Source: an uncultured Nitrospiraceae bacterium
GTDB lineage: Bacteria; Nitrospirota; Thermodesulfovibrionia; Thermodesulfovibrionales; SM23-35
DNA length: 64,000 nt
Assembly: GCA_963727775.1 (NCBI GenBank)
Contig: CAVSHB010000001.1
Coordinates: 224,001 to 288,000 of the forward strand
Direction of reading: 5' to 3'
Shown here: positions 1 through 10,557 of the stretch, in pieces
Layout: each line of letters opens with the position of its first letter
How positions within the stretch are numbered: position 1 is the first letter of the stretch
Made by a program: the position numbers and the translations under genes
Notes under the pieces: generated by a model
What the model saw: only the letters and a program-made list of their open reading frames with translations
The model's database searches: none
Told to the model about the DNA's origin: nothing

Positions 1-1622
1 AAAGCGGCCCTCATCGCTACTTCTGTTTTCCCGTATCCTACATCTCCGCAGATGAGCCTGTCCACGGGTTTGTCGGATTCCATGTCCCTTTTAATGTCCA
101 CTATTGCTTTAAGCTGGTCCGGCGTTGCTTCATACGTGAAAAAGCTGTCGAATTCCCTGTGCAGTTCCGTATCCGGGCTGAAAGTAAACCCTTTATGTAT
201 CTTTCTTTCCGCGTAAAGGCCGACGAGCTTTTCCGCCATTTCCTGAATCTTCTTTATTACTCTGTCTTTTGTCTTCTGCCATGTCTTCCCGCCGAGCCTG
301 TCGACCTTGGGAGTAATGCCTTCTTCTGAATGGTATTTGCTGATCTTGTTGATGGACTGTAAGGGCAGGTACAATCTTCCGCCTTCGTATTCTATCTGCA
401 CCAAATCTTCTTTAATGCCTTCTATGTTCTGCTGCACGAGGCCGTAGAACCTGCCTATGCCGTGGTCCTTATGGACGATGAAATCTCCGGGCCGCAGGTC
501 ATCGAGTGATGTAAGAAGCCCGGATATCTTCGATTTCTTGATAGGCCTGTAATTAGGTCTTTCCCCGAATATCTCTTTTTCAGTCAGGATTAAAAGGCCC
601 GGCATATGGAGCCCTGCTGAAAGGCTCCCGATCGTTATGGAGATTGCACCTTCATATTCATAAAGCTCACCCTTATCGATTAAGGGCGCAACGACACCCC
701 CTTCCATCAGAATGTCTTTCAGTCGTTCTGCCTGTCCGCCGGATGAACAAATAATCGCGATTCTGTTTTCTCTTATGAGGGGCTTGATATTGACCGGCAG
801 ATCCCCTATGTCTTTCCTCTCTTCAGGCGTTATCCCAAGACCTTTTAGCGGCAATGCTTCTGCGCTGTATCCGGGGCCTTGTATGGAATATCTCGAAAAA
901 AATACAACTTCTTCGGGAAGACCGTCTTTTTCGTGGATAGAATCCGAGAAAAAGTATTTAATCCATGGCATCAACCCGAGAGGGGTTGTGCCTGATGCAG
1001 GGTCTGCCGCGGGCAGCATCAGGACAAAAGATACTTCTCCCGTGGACCTCTGCGTATCCACATCGAATATTTTGATGATATCTATCTCATCCCCGAAGAA
1101 CTCAAGCCTCGCTGGCGTTTCGGATGTCGAAGGGAAAACATCGAGAAGCCAGCCGCGACGGCTGTACTCTCCTTTTCCGGAAACGAGGGGTACATTCGTA
1201 TACCCCATTCCCCGCAGTCTTTCTTCAATTTCCTGCCGGCTGATAACCATTCCTTTTCTAATGTTCAGTGCCTTCTCGGCCAGCTCTTCCCATGGCCATA
1301 CCGTTGACTGGAGACTCTTAAAAGAACAGACGACGGATTCATTCCCTTTAAGAGAGTTGACCAGGTTGGCCCTTTCACCCGACACAGAGGGACCGTTGGG
1401 TTCCGGGAGGAAAAGGGTATGGTCTTTTTTCAGGATATCCCTGAAGAAATTTGTGTCCGCATACAGTTCCCTTGCGAGTTCTTCGGTCGATTCAACTGCC
1501 AGAAAAGGTCCATCACAGAGCGCGAGTAACAAAGCGGCCGCCGAACCGCCCAAGTTATAAATGCGTGGCCCGCTTAAGCCATTCTTGATTATGTTTTGTA
1601 TAGATGTGAAATCCATCGGCAT
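1..1622 (-). CDS. mfd: Transcription-repair coupling factor, N-terminal part (runs off the window start)
   Basis: Manual minus-strand translation gives GDFIVHKDHGIGRFYG (CarD/RID region) and DRLICGDVGYGKTEVAMRAA (helicase motif I). Start is ATG at 1622 or 1616. Confidence 0.95.
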   Translation of the reverse strand, partial: MPMDFTSIQNIIKNGLSGPRIYNLGGSAAALLLALCDGPFLAVESTEELARELYADTNFFRDILKKDHTLFLPEPNGPSVSGERANLVNSLKGNESVVCSFKSLQSTVWPWEELAEKALNIRKGMVISRQEIEERLRGMGYTNVPLVSGKGEYSRRGWLLDVFPSTSETPARLEFFGDEIDIIKIFDVDTQRSTGEVSFVLMLPAADPASGTTPLGLMPWIKYFFSDSIHEKDGLPEEVVFFSRYSIQGPGYSAEALPLKGLGITPEERKDIGDLPVNIKPLIRENRIAIICSSGGQAERLKDILMEGGVVAPLIDKGELYEYEGAISITIGSLSAGLHMPGLLILTEKEIFGERPNYRPIKKSKISGLLTSLDDLRPGDFIVHKDHGIGRFYGLVQQNIEGIKEDLVQIEYEGGRLYLPLQSINKISKYHSEEGITPKVDRLGGKTWQKTKDRVIKKIQEMAEKLVGLYAERKIHKGFTFSPDTELHREFDSFFTYEATPDQLKAIVDIKRDMESDKPVDRLICGDVGYGKTEVAMRAA

Positions 1623-1832
1623 TGTAACAGCTTCAATAATATGGTAAATTATATATTCTGAATTGTGCTTTAGGGTGCGTTGTTTTTATCGGCCTCTTAA
1701 CTCGGCATCTGTTGATCTGAACGCAGGCTAAGTCCCGGCGGCTGCGGGAGGAATAAAATAAACTTTAGGATACATTATGTTTAATTATATCATAAACTTG
1801 CGAAGCTATTTTTCAAAGGGAAAGGTGACACC

Positions 1833-2708
1833 ATGAATAAAATATTGCGACTTGGTCTTCCGAAAGGAAGCCTGCAGGAATCCACATTAAAGCTTTTTAG
1901 AAAGGCTGGATACCGTATTAACATATCGAGCCGTTCTTATTATCCGTCTTTTGATGATACCGAGATAGAATCCATGTTAATCAGGGCCCAGGAGATGGCA
2001 GGATATGTCGAAGCAGGAATACTCGATTGCGGCCTTACAGGGAAAGACTGGATCATGGAGCAGAACGTATCGGTGCATGAGGTTGCAGAGCTTATTTATG
2101 CAAAAGAAGGGCTCAGGCCGGTAAAGTGGGTCATCGCGGTACCCAATGATTCTAAAATTAAAACAATTAAGGACCTTAACGGGAAACGTATTTCAACGGA
2201 GCTCGTCGGGTTTACAAAAAGATATCTGAAATCAAAAGGGGTAAAAGCAGAGGTGGATTTTTCATGGGGCGCCACGGAGGTAAAACCTCCTCATCTTGCC
2301 GACGCGATCGTTGAACTCACCGAAACAGGCACGTCTTTGCGGGCAAATAACCTCAGGGTCATCGATATTATTCTCCAGTCAAGCACGAGGTTTGTCGCGA
2401 ACAAAAAGGCCTGGAACGATAAATGGAAGCGGCAGAAGATGGAGAATATCGTGATGCTTCTCAAAGGAGCTCTTGCGGCTGAAGAGAAAGTAGGCCTTAA
2501 AATGAACGTTTCCACAAAGTCGCTTAAACGGGTAATGAGCCTGCTCTCTTCAATGCACTCTCCGACAATATCCGCGCTATCAGACGAGGGATGGTATGCC
2601 CTGGAGGTTATTATCAATGAGAAGCAGGTTCGGGACCTTATACCTAAACTCAAGATGGCAGGCGCTACGGGCCTTGTAGAATATCCGCTGAATAAGGTGA
2701 TACCTTAA
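1833..2708 (+). CDS. hisG: ATP phosphoribosyltransferase (long form)
   Basis: [17 protein letters not shown] and [10 protein letters not shown] motifs, plus a C-terminal regulatory domain with PTISAL. Confidence 0.96.
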   Translation: MNKILRLGLPKGSLQESTLKLFRKAGYRINISSRSYYPSFDDTEIESMLIRAQEMAGYVEAGILDCGLTGKDWIMEQNVSVHEVAELIYAKEGLRPVKWVIAVPNDSKIKTIKDLNGKRISTELVGFTKRYLKSKGVKAEVDFSWGATEVKPPHLADAIVELTETGTSLRANNLRVIDIILQSSTRFVANKKAWNDKWKRQKMENIVMLLKGALAAEEKVGLKMNVSTKSLKRVMSLLSSMHSPTISALSDEGWYALEVIINEKQVRDLIPKLKMAGATGLVEYPLNKVIP

Positions 2709-2751
2709 TACTTTTTTCAGCGGGTTTGACTCAGAACGGGCTTTGAATTAT

Positions 2752-2919
2752 TTACACCCTGTTGCAAGGACGGTGGGATATCTTCTCCCACATCTCATCG
2801 TTCATGTCATCCGCATATTCATCTATGGAAAAGATCTTACCGCACTCCGTGCAGTGTAAACTGACGCCCCTTCACCCAAAGGCGAGTCTGATCTTCCCCC
2901 CGCATTCTTTGCATTTCAT
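2752..2919 (-). CDS. Dual CxxC motif small (seleno)protein, 55 aa, with in-frame UGA at codon 16
   Basis: Translates as MKCKECGGKIRLAFG(U)RGVSLHCTECGKIFSIDEYADDMNDEMWEKISHRPCNRV. TGA is at 2872-2874. A downstream hairpin ACUGCAC-GGA-GUGCGGU is present, and a -10 box TATACT lies 6 nt before the ATG. Confidence 0.8.
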
Positions 2920-3289
2920 TTCATTAGTATAAACGATAAGGACCCAAAAACCAATATCCTGAGACCCGCGCGGGACATCTTCACGGATAAAGATTTGCCG
3001 GAGATGAAAGTTACTGCCCGCAACATGACACGTCCTTCTGCATAAGGTGGCAAGATTTCAGACCACACGGACGCCGGAACTCAGATTTCTGCGCCTCAAT
3101 TACAAAGAGAAATATGCGTCGGAATAAGATGAATAGCTCGGAGGGATTATCTTCGAGGTCGGGTGCGGGTAACACCTCAACTATTGATTTTTGAGGTGAT
3201 AGGAAAATCACTGATTTACATTAGAAACAAACACACAAAAGGCAGTGCCTTTTGTGTTACTTTAGATAATTATAATGTGTAAAGGGTAG

Positions 3290-4855
3290 TTAGGCTTTGG
3301 ATGAGACTAATTTTTGAATTTCTTCTGAAACCTTTTCAATCACGGAATTCCAATCACCTGGAATAGGTTGCCGAAAAAGTCTAATTGTTGGATACCAAGG
3401 ACTGTCATCACGGTTTAACATCCACCGCCAGTCTGGTGCAAATGGAAGTAATGTCCACACAGGTTTACCAAGTGCTCCGGCTAAGTGGACAACAGAAGTG
3501 TCTACGGAAAGAACTAAATCAAGGTTCTCTATTAACGCAGCTGTATCTGAAAAATCACTGATTTCTTCTGTATAGTCAATAAGCTTCATGCCTCTTGGAG
3601 GATTCTCCGCCTGTTTTGCAGCCTCACCTTTTTGCAAACTGTAGAATGAAACATCCCTAAGTTCTGAGAGAGGAGAAAAAACATCAAGAGGACACGAACG
3701 ATTGCGGTCGTTCTTATGTTCTGGCTTTCCAGCCCAAACTAACCCTATTTTAATACATGAATTGTCATATTGAATTTTATCTTTCCATTTCTGCGCTAAT
3801 AGAGATTCGACCATTATATATGGAACTTTTGAGGGAATAGTTTCAAGTGTGGCATTGAATATTAAAGGAAGACTTAATAACGGACAGTATACATCGAATT
3901 CGGGCAATTCTTCTCCCTGCATAATGACCCGCTGTATCCCCTCAGCATTTTTTATCAAGGAGACTAATTCTCTTTGGCAGTCAACTATTACCTTTGCGCC
4001 TTTTTGTGCAATCAAGGGGGCATAACGAATAAATTGTATTGTATCTCCTAAGCCCTGTTCATATTGTAATAAAATAGTAAGTCCTTTAATTTCAGATCCA
4101 TTCCATAAGGGCTTAGGGAAATTACGACAGTATTGGATGAAATCTTTTGTTTTCCATCGCCACTCATACTCTTTCAAGCCCTCTTGAAAATTGCCATTAA
4201 GTAAAAAAGTCATGGACAACCCATAGTGAATCACGGCATGAGTTGGATTCAGCTGTAAAGCTTTCTGATAATGTTTTATAGCTTCATCAAGGTTCCCCTT
4301 ATTTTTAAAAACAATTGCAAGATTATTGTAAGGGCTTTCAAAGTTAGGGTTAAGCTGAAGGGCTTTTTGATAACATTTTATTGCCTCATCGTATTGTCCT
4401 TTTTCATTAAGGATAATTCCAATATTGTTACATGCATCAGCACAATTCGGATTAAGCTCCAGTACCCTTCTATAAAAAGTTACAGCTTCATCGAGTCTCC
4501 CCTCATCTTGGAGCGTTTCCCCAAGATTGAAATATGCCAGCGCAAAAAGGGGATCATATTTAATTACTTTTTTATAACAATGAATAGATTCTTCAATTTG
4601 GCCTTTTTCTTGATAAATCTTTCCCAAAATATAATATGCATTTGCATTGTTGGGGTAAAGTCGAAGTGATTTTTCGATATATCTTATTGCAAAATCATAA
4701 TTGCCTACTTGAGCATACAATACTCCGAGTTTATACAGGACATCAACATTGTTATGTTGTTTTTTTAATATTTTTTTGAAAATATATTCTGCCTCTTGTA
4801 GATCCCCCGACTGATGATATTGCAGGGCTAATTGTATTTGCTTATCGATATTCAT
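3290..4855 (-). CDS. TPR-repeat protein with C-terminal glycosyltransferase family 9-like domain
   Basis: About 6 TPR repeats, followed by EQGLGDTIQF, IGLVWAG, SVDTSVVHLAGALGKP and DWRW...SPWYP. Confidence 0.9.
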   Translation of the reverse strand: MNIDKQIQLALQYHQSGDLQEAEYIFKKILKKQHNNVDVLYKLGVLYAQVGNYDFAIRYIEKSLRLYPNNANAYYILGKIYQEKGQIEESIHCYKKVIKYDPLFALAYFNLGETLQDEGRLDEAVTFYRRVLELNPNCADACNNIGIILNEKGQYDEAIKCYQKALQLNPNFESPYNNLAIVFKNKGNLDEAIKHYQKALQLNPTHAVIHYGLSMTFLLNGNFQEGLKEYEWRWKTKDFIQYCRNFPKPLWNGSEIKGLTILLQYEQGLGDTIQFIRYAPLIAQKGAKVIVDCQRELVSLIKNAEGIQRVIMQGEELPEFDVYCPLLSLPLIFNATLETIPSKVPYIMVESLLAQKWKDKIQYDNSCIKIGLVWAGKPEHKNDRNRSCPLDVFSPLSELRDVSFYSLQKGEAAKQAENPPRGMKLIDYTEEISDFSDTAALIENLDLVLSVDTSVVHLAGALGKPVWTLLPFAPDWRWMLNRDDSPWYPTIRLFRQPIPGDWNSVIEKVSEEIQKLVSSKA

Positions 4856-5741
4856 CGTTGCCCGTATATTTTTTTATCGAAATAAGCTTCTCGTTTATAA
4901 CATGTAAAACTTGTTCAATAGTAGGAATACATCTGAATTCACCATACTTAGAACAATTGCCACTTTGGCAACAATAAATCTTGCAATTGCCCTTCACATA
5001 AGAGACTTTATAATGAGGGTCCTCATTGCGGTAAATTGCCCTCTTGCTCCATTCTATAGACATATCTAAAACAATAATCTCAGTATCTGTAGCTCCACTC
5101 AAAACAGAAAGTCCATTTTGACAAGTAATAAAAAGATGGCTATTTCTAATTGTATAATATGTTTGATCCAAGCTTAGCTTGTTTGTCAAATCTATGCATC
5201 CTTGCAATCCAATAGACTTTTTCCACAGATTGTCGGCTTTAGTAAAAACATCTTTTCCTACAACAGCAACTGATAAGTTTTGGGCTATGATGAAATCCGC
5301 TACCTTTTGCCAGTTCTCTATAGGCCAGCTTCGACTTGGCCACGTAACAGATGTATTTATAACTACATCAAAATGTTCTGCGCTATCTTGCTCAATAGGG
5401 AAATACTCGATCTGCTTTTCCCTAAAACTTAGTTCTCCTATCCCAATTGGTATACTGATAAAATCAAAAGTGTCCATAAGGTAATGCGGGAGCTTCGAAG
5501 GGTCAAACAATTCAACTGTTTTTTTATACTTAGCTGTCTGACGGATATAATGAATATCACATGCCTTATAAATATATGGGCAATTTTTGAATCAATTTGG
5601 ATGGTGAGTAAAAATCACAGCTTTTAAATCCTTTTCTGTCATCAGACTTAATAACTTTCTTATAATAGGGATTGCAAACAGACAATCACCCATTCCTTCA
5701 CATTTTAAGATAACTGCAATTTGCTCAGAATAAATTCCCAT
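4842..5741 (-). pseudogene. Glycosyltransferase family 9 (heptosyltransferase-like) with internal TGA at codon 50
   Basis: The frame opens at ATG 5741 with the GT9 N-terminal motif GMGDCLFAIPIIRKL. An in-frame TGA at 5592-5594 (HPN*FKNCPY) is followed by ORF 4842..5510 (RSWPIENW, DLTNKLSL). Confidence 0.75.
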
Positions 5742-5863
5742 CTACCGCCGCGCTCTAAAATATATGTAGCATTTGCCACATTGGTTATCAATAGAAATAT
5801 ACACTATTTTAACAATTCCGATATGTGAGGTGTAGGAGGAAGAACTCTTTGCCTCTGATCATT

Positions 5864-6190
5864 TCATATCCCTTCAATTAGTTTGTAATACTCCTTGAGA
5901 GTGCGGATGGATTGCATCGTGGTTTGTAATAAGATACAACTGAGAACAAGGATTCCTATTGTGAGTCCGATCTTCCATGCCCGCGTCGTTTGTGGACGCA
6001 ACCAAATCAGGGGCAACGCCAGAGGCCCCACACAACAGACTGCGATGATAATAAAGGATTTTCGGAAATACCATTGAATCTTTTCCTCTGTAAAGCGTGG
6101 GGGGTTGGAGGCATACAGAAACTCACCGCAGTGTTTACACTTTATCGCGTCGTCTTGAATTTCTTCAGCGCGGAATGGACACTTTTTCAT
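5864..6190 (-). CDS. Zinc-ribbon domain membrane protein
   Basis: MKKCPFRAEEIQDDAIKCKHCGEFL (second Cys replaced by Arg), then two hydrophobic segments. Confidence 0.75.
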   Translation of the reverse strand: MKKCPFRAEEIQDDAIKCKHCGEFLYASNPPRFTEEKIQWYFRKSFIIIAVCCVGPLALPLIWLRPQTTRAWKIGLTIGILVLSCILLQTTMQSIRTLKEYYKLIEGI

Positions 6191-6637
6191 TATCATCTCT
6201 CTTGGTAGAACAACGATTATACCGACACCTTATTTTTTTGGTTTTATGGCCGAAACCAGAGTACATCTTTCACTTGGACGGGACATCATCGCTGATTATC
6301 TACCCGTTATTTTTCTTATAAGAATATTACGCCTCCGATGATGAAGGCAAAGCAAACGGAATGAGCATACACCCTGGTGTAGGTTTGTAGATATATCTTC
6401 CACGACCGGCGTAATAACCCGTAAATGAGCCGATTTCGTTCCTAAAGACGAGCATGATTATTCCAAGGACAATGATCAACAGATTCGACAAAAATGGAAT
6501 TACGCGGCATTGTTGTCATCATAAGAGTAACCTGCGAATGATTATACTATAAAGCTGCATAAAGGTGAAGGCAGGCAAGCACATTTGCACACCTTAAAGA
6601 TTATAGTGGTCGCAATGACATATGTTATTATCTTTAT

Positions 6638-7240
6638 ATGCAATCTCCTGGTGAAGAAAAGGCGTGGGAAGTGCTTGGAGGCCTCCATTATCAGGATGTA
6701 TGCAAAAATGCCGCAGCGGCATATGACGGCTCTCGCATATCCTATCTTATAAGATCATTCTGCTGGGAATTTTCCGTAAGCCCTGAAGAAAAAGATATAA
6801 AGAGCTCTGTCGAACAAGGTAAAATCCTCATCGAAAGATACGGTTATTTCTTTCGACACTCTTGTCTCTGGTATCTGATTTACGCAAAAGACATCCCTCT
6901 CACTGGAAAACTCGTTAAGCCCTCTGATATAAAAGGCGGAGAAATGTTCTTCAGGGGCAGCCATGTCCTGCCTTTAAGCAATATCGCAAATAAATACGGG
7001 AATGATACAAATGCCTTTTTAAATAGAGGGGCAATGCTTTGCGCGGAGCCGCTTGATTACGGGGATGCTTCATTAAGGCTTTGGCCGATGCCGAGGATCC
7101 CGGTGATAATAATTCTCCGGCTTGGTGATGAAGAGTTCCCCCCGAGGGTTGACCTTCTCCTGGATTCTACATGCGAGCTGCACCTCCCGCTCGATATCAT
7201 CTGGTCGATAGCCATGATGAGCGCGCTGGTGATGTTGTGA
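6638..7240 (+). CDS. DUF3786-like domain protein
   Basis: GGEMFFRG, GDASLRLWPMPRIPV and GDEEFPP motifs typical of this family. Confidence 0.75.
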   Translation: MQSPGEEKAWEVLGGLHYQDVCKNAAAAYDGSRISYLIRSFCWEFSVSPEEKDIKSSVEQGKILIERYGYFFRHSCLWYLIYAKDIPLTGKLVKPSDIKGGEMFFRGSHVLPLSNIANKYGNDTNAFLNRGAMLCAEPLDYGDASLRLWPMPRIPVIIILRLGDEEFPPRVDLLLDSTCELHLPLDIIWSIAMMSALVML

Positions 7241-8868
7241 GCCTGAAGCTCAAAGAAAAGACAGGCTTCCTTTTGTCAAAAGAAAAAGGCACGGTCTATA
7301 AAGATCCCGGCGGAAAGATCAACGTTGTCCTTGTGTATCCGAACACATACCATGTCGGGATGTCCAACCTCGGATTCCAGGGGATATATGGTCTTTTGAA
7401 CAGCATGAGAGATGTTGTATGCGAGAGGGCGTTCCTTCCCGAGGACAAAGACATGGATGAGTATGTCAGAACGGATACCAAGCTTTTTGCCATGGAATCA
7501 CAGAGACCTTTGAACCGTTTTGATATTGTTGCTTTTTCAGTCTCTTTCGAAAATGATTATCCAAACATTGCAAGTATTCTTACTCTCGCAAAGCTGCCGC
7601 TGAAAAGTGCGGGAAGGAATTCCAGGCATCCCTTGATTATCATGGGGGGCCCGTGCGCTTTTTTTAATCCTGAGCCGGTTGCCGATTTTTTCGATATCTG
7701 TTTTATCGGCGAGGCGGACGAGATGCTGCCTGAATTTTTCGACGTATACAGGACTGCCGCGGACAGAAAAGAGGTCCTCAAAAGATCTTTGACTATAGAG
7801 GGCTTGTATGTCCCGATATTTTATAGCGTGTCTTATGATGCGGGCGGAAAAATCGTAGGCAGACATCAATCGGAGGATGTCCCTGAGATTATAAAAAGGC
7901 GCTGTTTGAAAGATATAACGAAGTCAAAGATCATGACGTCCGTCATCACATCAGAGACGGAATTCTCCGATATGTATCTGATAGAGGCCATGAGGGGATG
8001 CCCGTGGAATTGCAGGTTCTGTGTTGCCGGAAAGATATATAATCCTCCGAGGAAAAAAGGATTAAAGGCAATTGAAGATGAGATCCGGGCAGCGCTGAAG
8101 ACGACGAAGAGAGTAGGGCTGATCGGACCTTCTTTATCGGACTACCCGCACATAAAAGATGTGCTGAAAATACCCGGAGTTGATTTTTCGATCACCTCTC
8201 TGAGGGCAAGCCAAAAGAGCGCTGAACTGGTGAGTTTGATAAAGGGGCACAAGAGCGTATCGATTGCGCCCGAGGCCGGGACTGAAAGGCTTAGAACGGT
8301 CATCAATAAAAAAATTACCGAGGAAGACATCCTCCATACTTCGGAAATGCTCTTATCCGAAGGGATCGAGACCCTGAGGCTTTACTTTATGGTCGGCCTG
8401 CCGACAGAAACAAGGGATGACATCGAGGGAATAATTCATCTGACAAAAAAGATAAGGGACATTTCGAAAAAAGGACATATTACCCTCAGTGTCAGCACCT
8501 TTGTACCGAAACCGTTTACACCTTTTCAGTGGCATCCGATGTCCCCTCCTTTTGAGGTCAAGGAAAGATTGAAAATAATCAAGAAAGGACTTCTCCCGTT
8601 CAAGGGGATTAAGGTCTTTCATGATGTCCCGAAGTATGCGTATATGCAGGGGTTATTTGCCTTGGGGGGCAGGAGCATATCAGCGGTGATCGCGGAGATG
8701 CTCAGATCCGGTGATTGGATAAAGGCAGCGGAGACTGTGGGCATCGATAAGGATTTCTATATCTTCAGGGAAAAAATAAGGGATGAAATCTTGCCGTGGG
8801 ATTTTATTGATACGGGAACGGAAAAAGAAAAGTTGTGGACAGAATACCGGGAAGCCCTCGGCTGCTGA
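7237..8868 (+). CDS. B12-binding-domain radical SAM protein
   Basis: YPNTYHVGMSNLG, RGCPWNCRFC (CxxxCxxC), IAPEAGTERLR and YFMVGLPTE. The GTG start at 7237 overlaps the upstream stop. Confidence 0.9.
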   Translation: MSLKLKEKTGFLLSKEKGTVYKDPGGKINVVLVYPNTYHVGMSNLGFQGIYGLLNSMRDVVCERAFLPEDKDMDEYVRTDTKLFAMESQRPLNRFDIVAFSVSFENDYPNIASILTLAKLPLKSAGRNSRHPLIIMGGPCAFFNPEPVADFFDICFIGEADEMLPEFFDVYRTAADRKEVLKRSLTIEGLYVPIFYSVSYDAGGKIVGRHQSEDVPEIIKRRCLKDITKSKIMTSVITSETEFSDMYLIEAMRGCPWNCRFCVAGKIYNPPRKKGLKAIEDEIRAALKTTKRVGLIGPSLSDYPHIKDVLKIPGVDFSITSLRASQKSAELVSLIKGHKSVSIAPEAGTERLRTVINKKITEEDILHTSEMLLSEGIETLRLYFMVGLPTETRDDIEGIIHLTKKIRDISKKGHITLSVSTFVPKPFTPFQWHPMSPPFEVKERLKIIKKGLLPFKGIKVFHDVPKYAYMQGLFALGGRSISAVIAEMLRSGDWIKAAETVGIDKDFYIFREKIRDEILPWDFIDTGTEKEKLWTEYREALGC

Positions 8869-8907
8869 TATTTGACATATGGTCTGTAACGTGATAAGTT
8901 TTAATCG

Positions 8908-9258
8908 ATGAACAGAAATTTATGTATCTCAATTATTGCAGTACTCTTAATTTCCACCATCCTTACGGCTCCTTTATCTGCAGCTGCAGCAGACCCTTGC
9001 GCGGCAGAAGGTATTGTCGTGAAGAATTTGACGATGCTTGATCTTTGGTACAGGAAAGACAATGGAGATTGTGTCATGTGGAGACGCAATTATATCTTTA
9101 GGATAACGCCTGAAGATATAATAATAATATTTTCCGATCTCACCTGCGAGACACTGTATTGCAGGCGTAACCCGACCTACGGAGATTATAAGTTTATCGA
9201 CGGGGATGGAAATTGCGCCGTCAGGATTCTCCCGGATTGTAACCTTTCGGACATGTAA
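8908..9258 (+). CDS. Secreted Cys-rich hypothetical protein
   Basis: Signal peptide ending in AAA, six Cys in the mature part, and TTGACA-17-TAAGTT directly upstream. Confidence 0.65.
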   Translation: MNRNLCISIIAVLLISTILTAPLSAAAADPCAAEGIVVKNLTMLDLWYRKDNGDCVMWRRNYIFRITPEDIIIIFSDLTCETLYCRRNPTYGDYKFIDGDGNCAVRILPDCNLSDM

Positions 9259-9306
9259 TTTGGTTATTATGGAGTTGCCTTCCCCGTGAATAGAACTTCC
9301 TTAATC

Positions 9307-9472
9307 CTAACCTGCAGTATTCATATAATTGCCGACAGATACAGTATTTGAGCAGTTTTAAATTCTTTCGAAGAAAGAATTTACCTCGGAGGCCCGATTT
9401 GTAACGGGCCGAGAATGAGCGCAAATACTGTATCTGTCGGCATCCACAAATTCCATGAATTAAGTGGGCTAA
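9307..9472 (+). repeat. Dispersed structured repeat, copy 1 (MITE/REPIN-like or ncRNA)
   Basis: A perfect 21-bp stem (9330-9350 with 9422-9442) encloses two hairpins and the core ACCTCGGAGG...CCGAGAATGAGCG. Near-identical to 42687-42851 and 53763-53933. Confidence 0.9.
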
Positions 9473-9576
9473 GATAGTTCAATCGGCGTTATGCTAAAAT
9501 AGCATTCAAATAGAAAATACTTTTCTCTGATAACTATCAATAACAAACAGGAATCTTTTTTTCGATTTGCAATTGC

Positions 9577-10284
9577 ATGATTGACAATGTGCTTTTAGAG
9601 AATATAAAAAATATATACAGAAAAATTTCGTCCGCTGCTCTTAGATCAGGCAGAGACCCTTTTGATGTGAAACTCGTTACTGTTACAAAGACGGTTGATA
9701 TCGAGAGGATAAAAGCTGCGATAGATTTAGGGTTGAGGACATTCGGGGAAAACAAGGTCCAGGAAGCTCAAAAAAAAATTGCCGAATGTAAATCTAAGTG
9801 CGCGGACTGCGGGATTGAATGGCATATGATAGGCCATCTCCAGAAAAATAAGGCAAAGACCGCGGTACAGCTTTTTGACCTGATCCATTCTCTCGATTCT
9901 GTCGGACTGGCTGAAGAGATCAATAAATATGCGGAGAAGGCGGGGAAAATCACGAGGGGTTTAATAGAGGTCAAACTCTCAGGAGAGGAGAGCAAGCACG
10001 GCATTTCGAGAGAAGATGTCATGCAATTAATAGAAGCTGTATCACGGATGAAGAACCTGAGACTCGAAGGCCTGATGACCATGCCGCCGTTCTTTGAGGA
10101 CCCTGAGATGGCAAGACCTTTTTTCAGGGAGCTGAGAGAAGTAAGGGACAAAGCAGAGAGGTCGGGCTATAAACTGCCGGAGCTTTCTATGGGCATGACA
10201 AATGACTTCGAGGTTGCAATCCTGGAAGGCGCGACAATAGTAAGGATCGGTACGGGGATATTCGGGGAAAGAATCAGGAAATAA
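9577..10284 (+). CDS. yggS: Pyridoxal phosphate homeostasis protein
   Basis: FGENKVQE, WHMIGHLQKNK, LSMGMTNDF and GATIVRIGTGIFG. Confidence 0.95.
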   Translation: MIDNVLLENIKNIYRKISSAALRSGRDPFDVKLVTVTKTVDIERIKAAIDLGLRTFGENKVQEAQKKIAECKSKCADCGIEWHMIGHLQKNKAKTAVQLFDLIHSLDSVGLAEEINKYAEKAGKITRGLIEVKLSGEESKHGISREDVMQLIEAVSRMKNLRLEGLMTMPPFFEDPEMARPFFRELREVRDKAERSGYKLPELSMGMTNDFEVAILEGATIVRIGTGIFGERIRK

Positions 10285-10557
10285 GACAAAAGAATAAGTT
10301 ATTATTTGAGACATATATTATTAAAACCGAAAAATGCAGGTACTGTTCAAAAAATTATTTAACTCGATGAATGTATTGAGAATATCTTTATGCTGGTAAT
10401 CACAAAAATATTTCAGTGGCCAGCCGTTAAATGTACAATAAGGTATCGAAAAACAATTTTTTTCACAACACCAGCATTTTTCTAATTGCAGTTTTTGGGT
10501 TAACCCGGTTACATATATTAAGCTAACAGAAATGTTTTCTTGACTACAGGAGGAGAG

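Noticed and set aside
712..1560. 282-aa plus-strand ORF
   Set aside because: It is the antisense shadow of mfd. The same applies to long shadows such as 19878..20705, 22475..23413, 33818..34858 and 60545..61453.
2960..3211. Short ORFs or possible gene remnant
   Set aside because: No recognisable motif in any frame.
5592..5594. In-frame TGA in the GT9 gene as selenocysteine
   Set aside because: The context (HPN*FKN) expects a Leu-like residue, there is no redox motif, and no SECIS-like hairpin follows.
6200..6540. Possible small membrane protein remnant on the minus strand
   Set aside because: A hydrophobic frame exists but has no in-frame start and no recognisable family.
9307..9472. Repeat copies as a CRISPR array or known ribozyme
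   Set aside because: The copies are dispersed and long, with no spacers or cas genes. No hammerhead CUGAnGA/GAAA or other recognised catalytic core is present.
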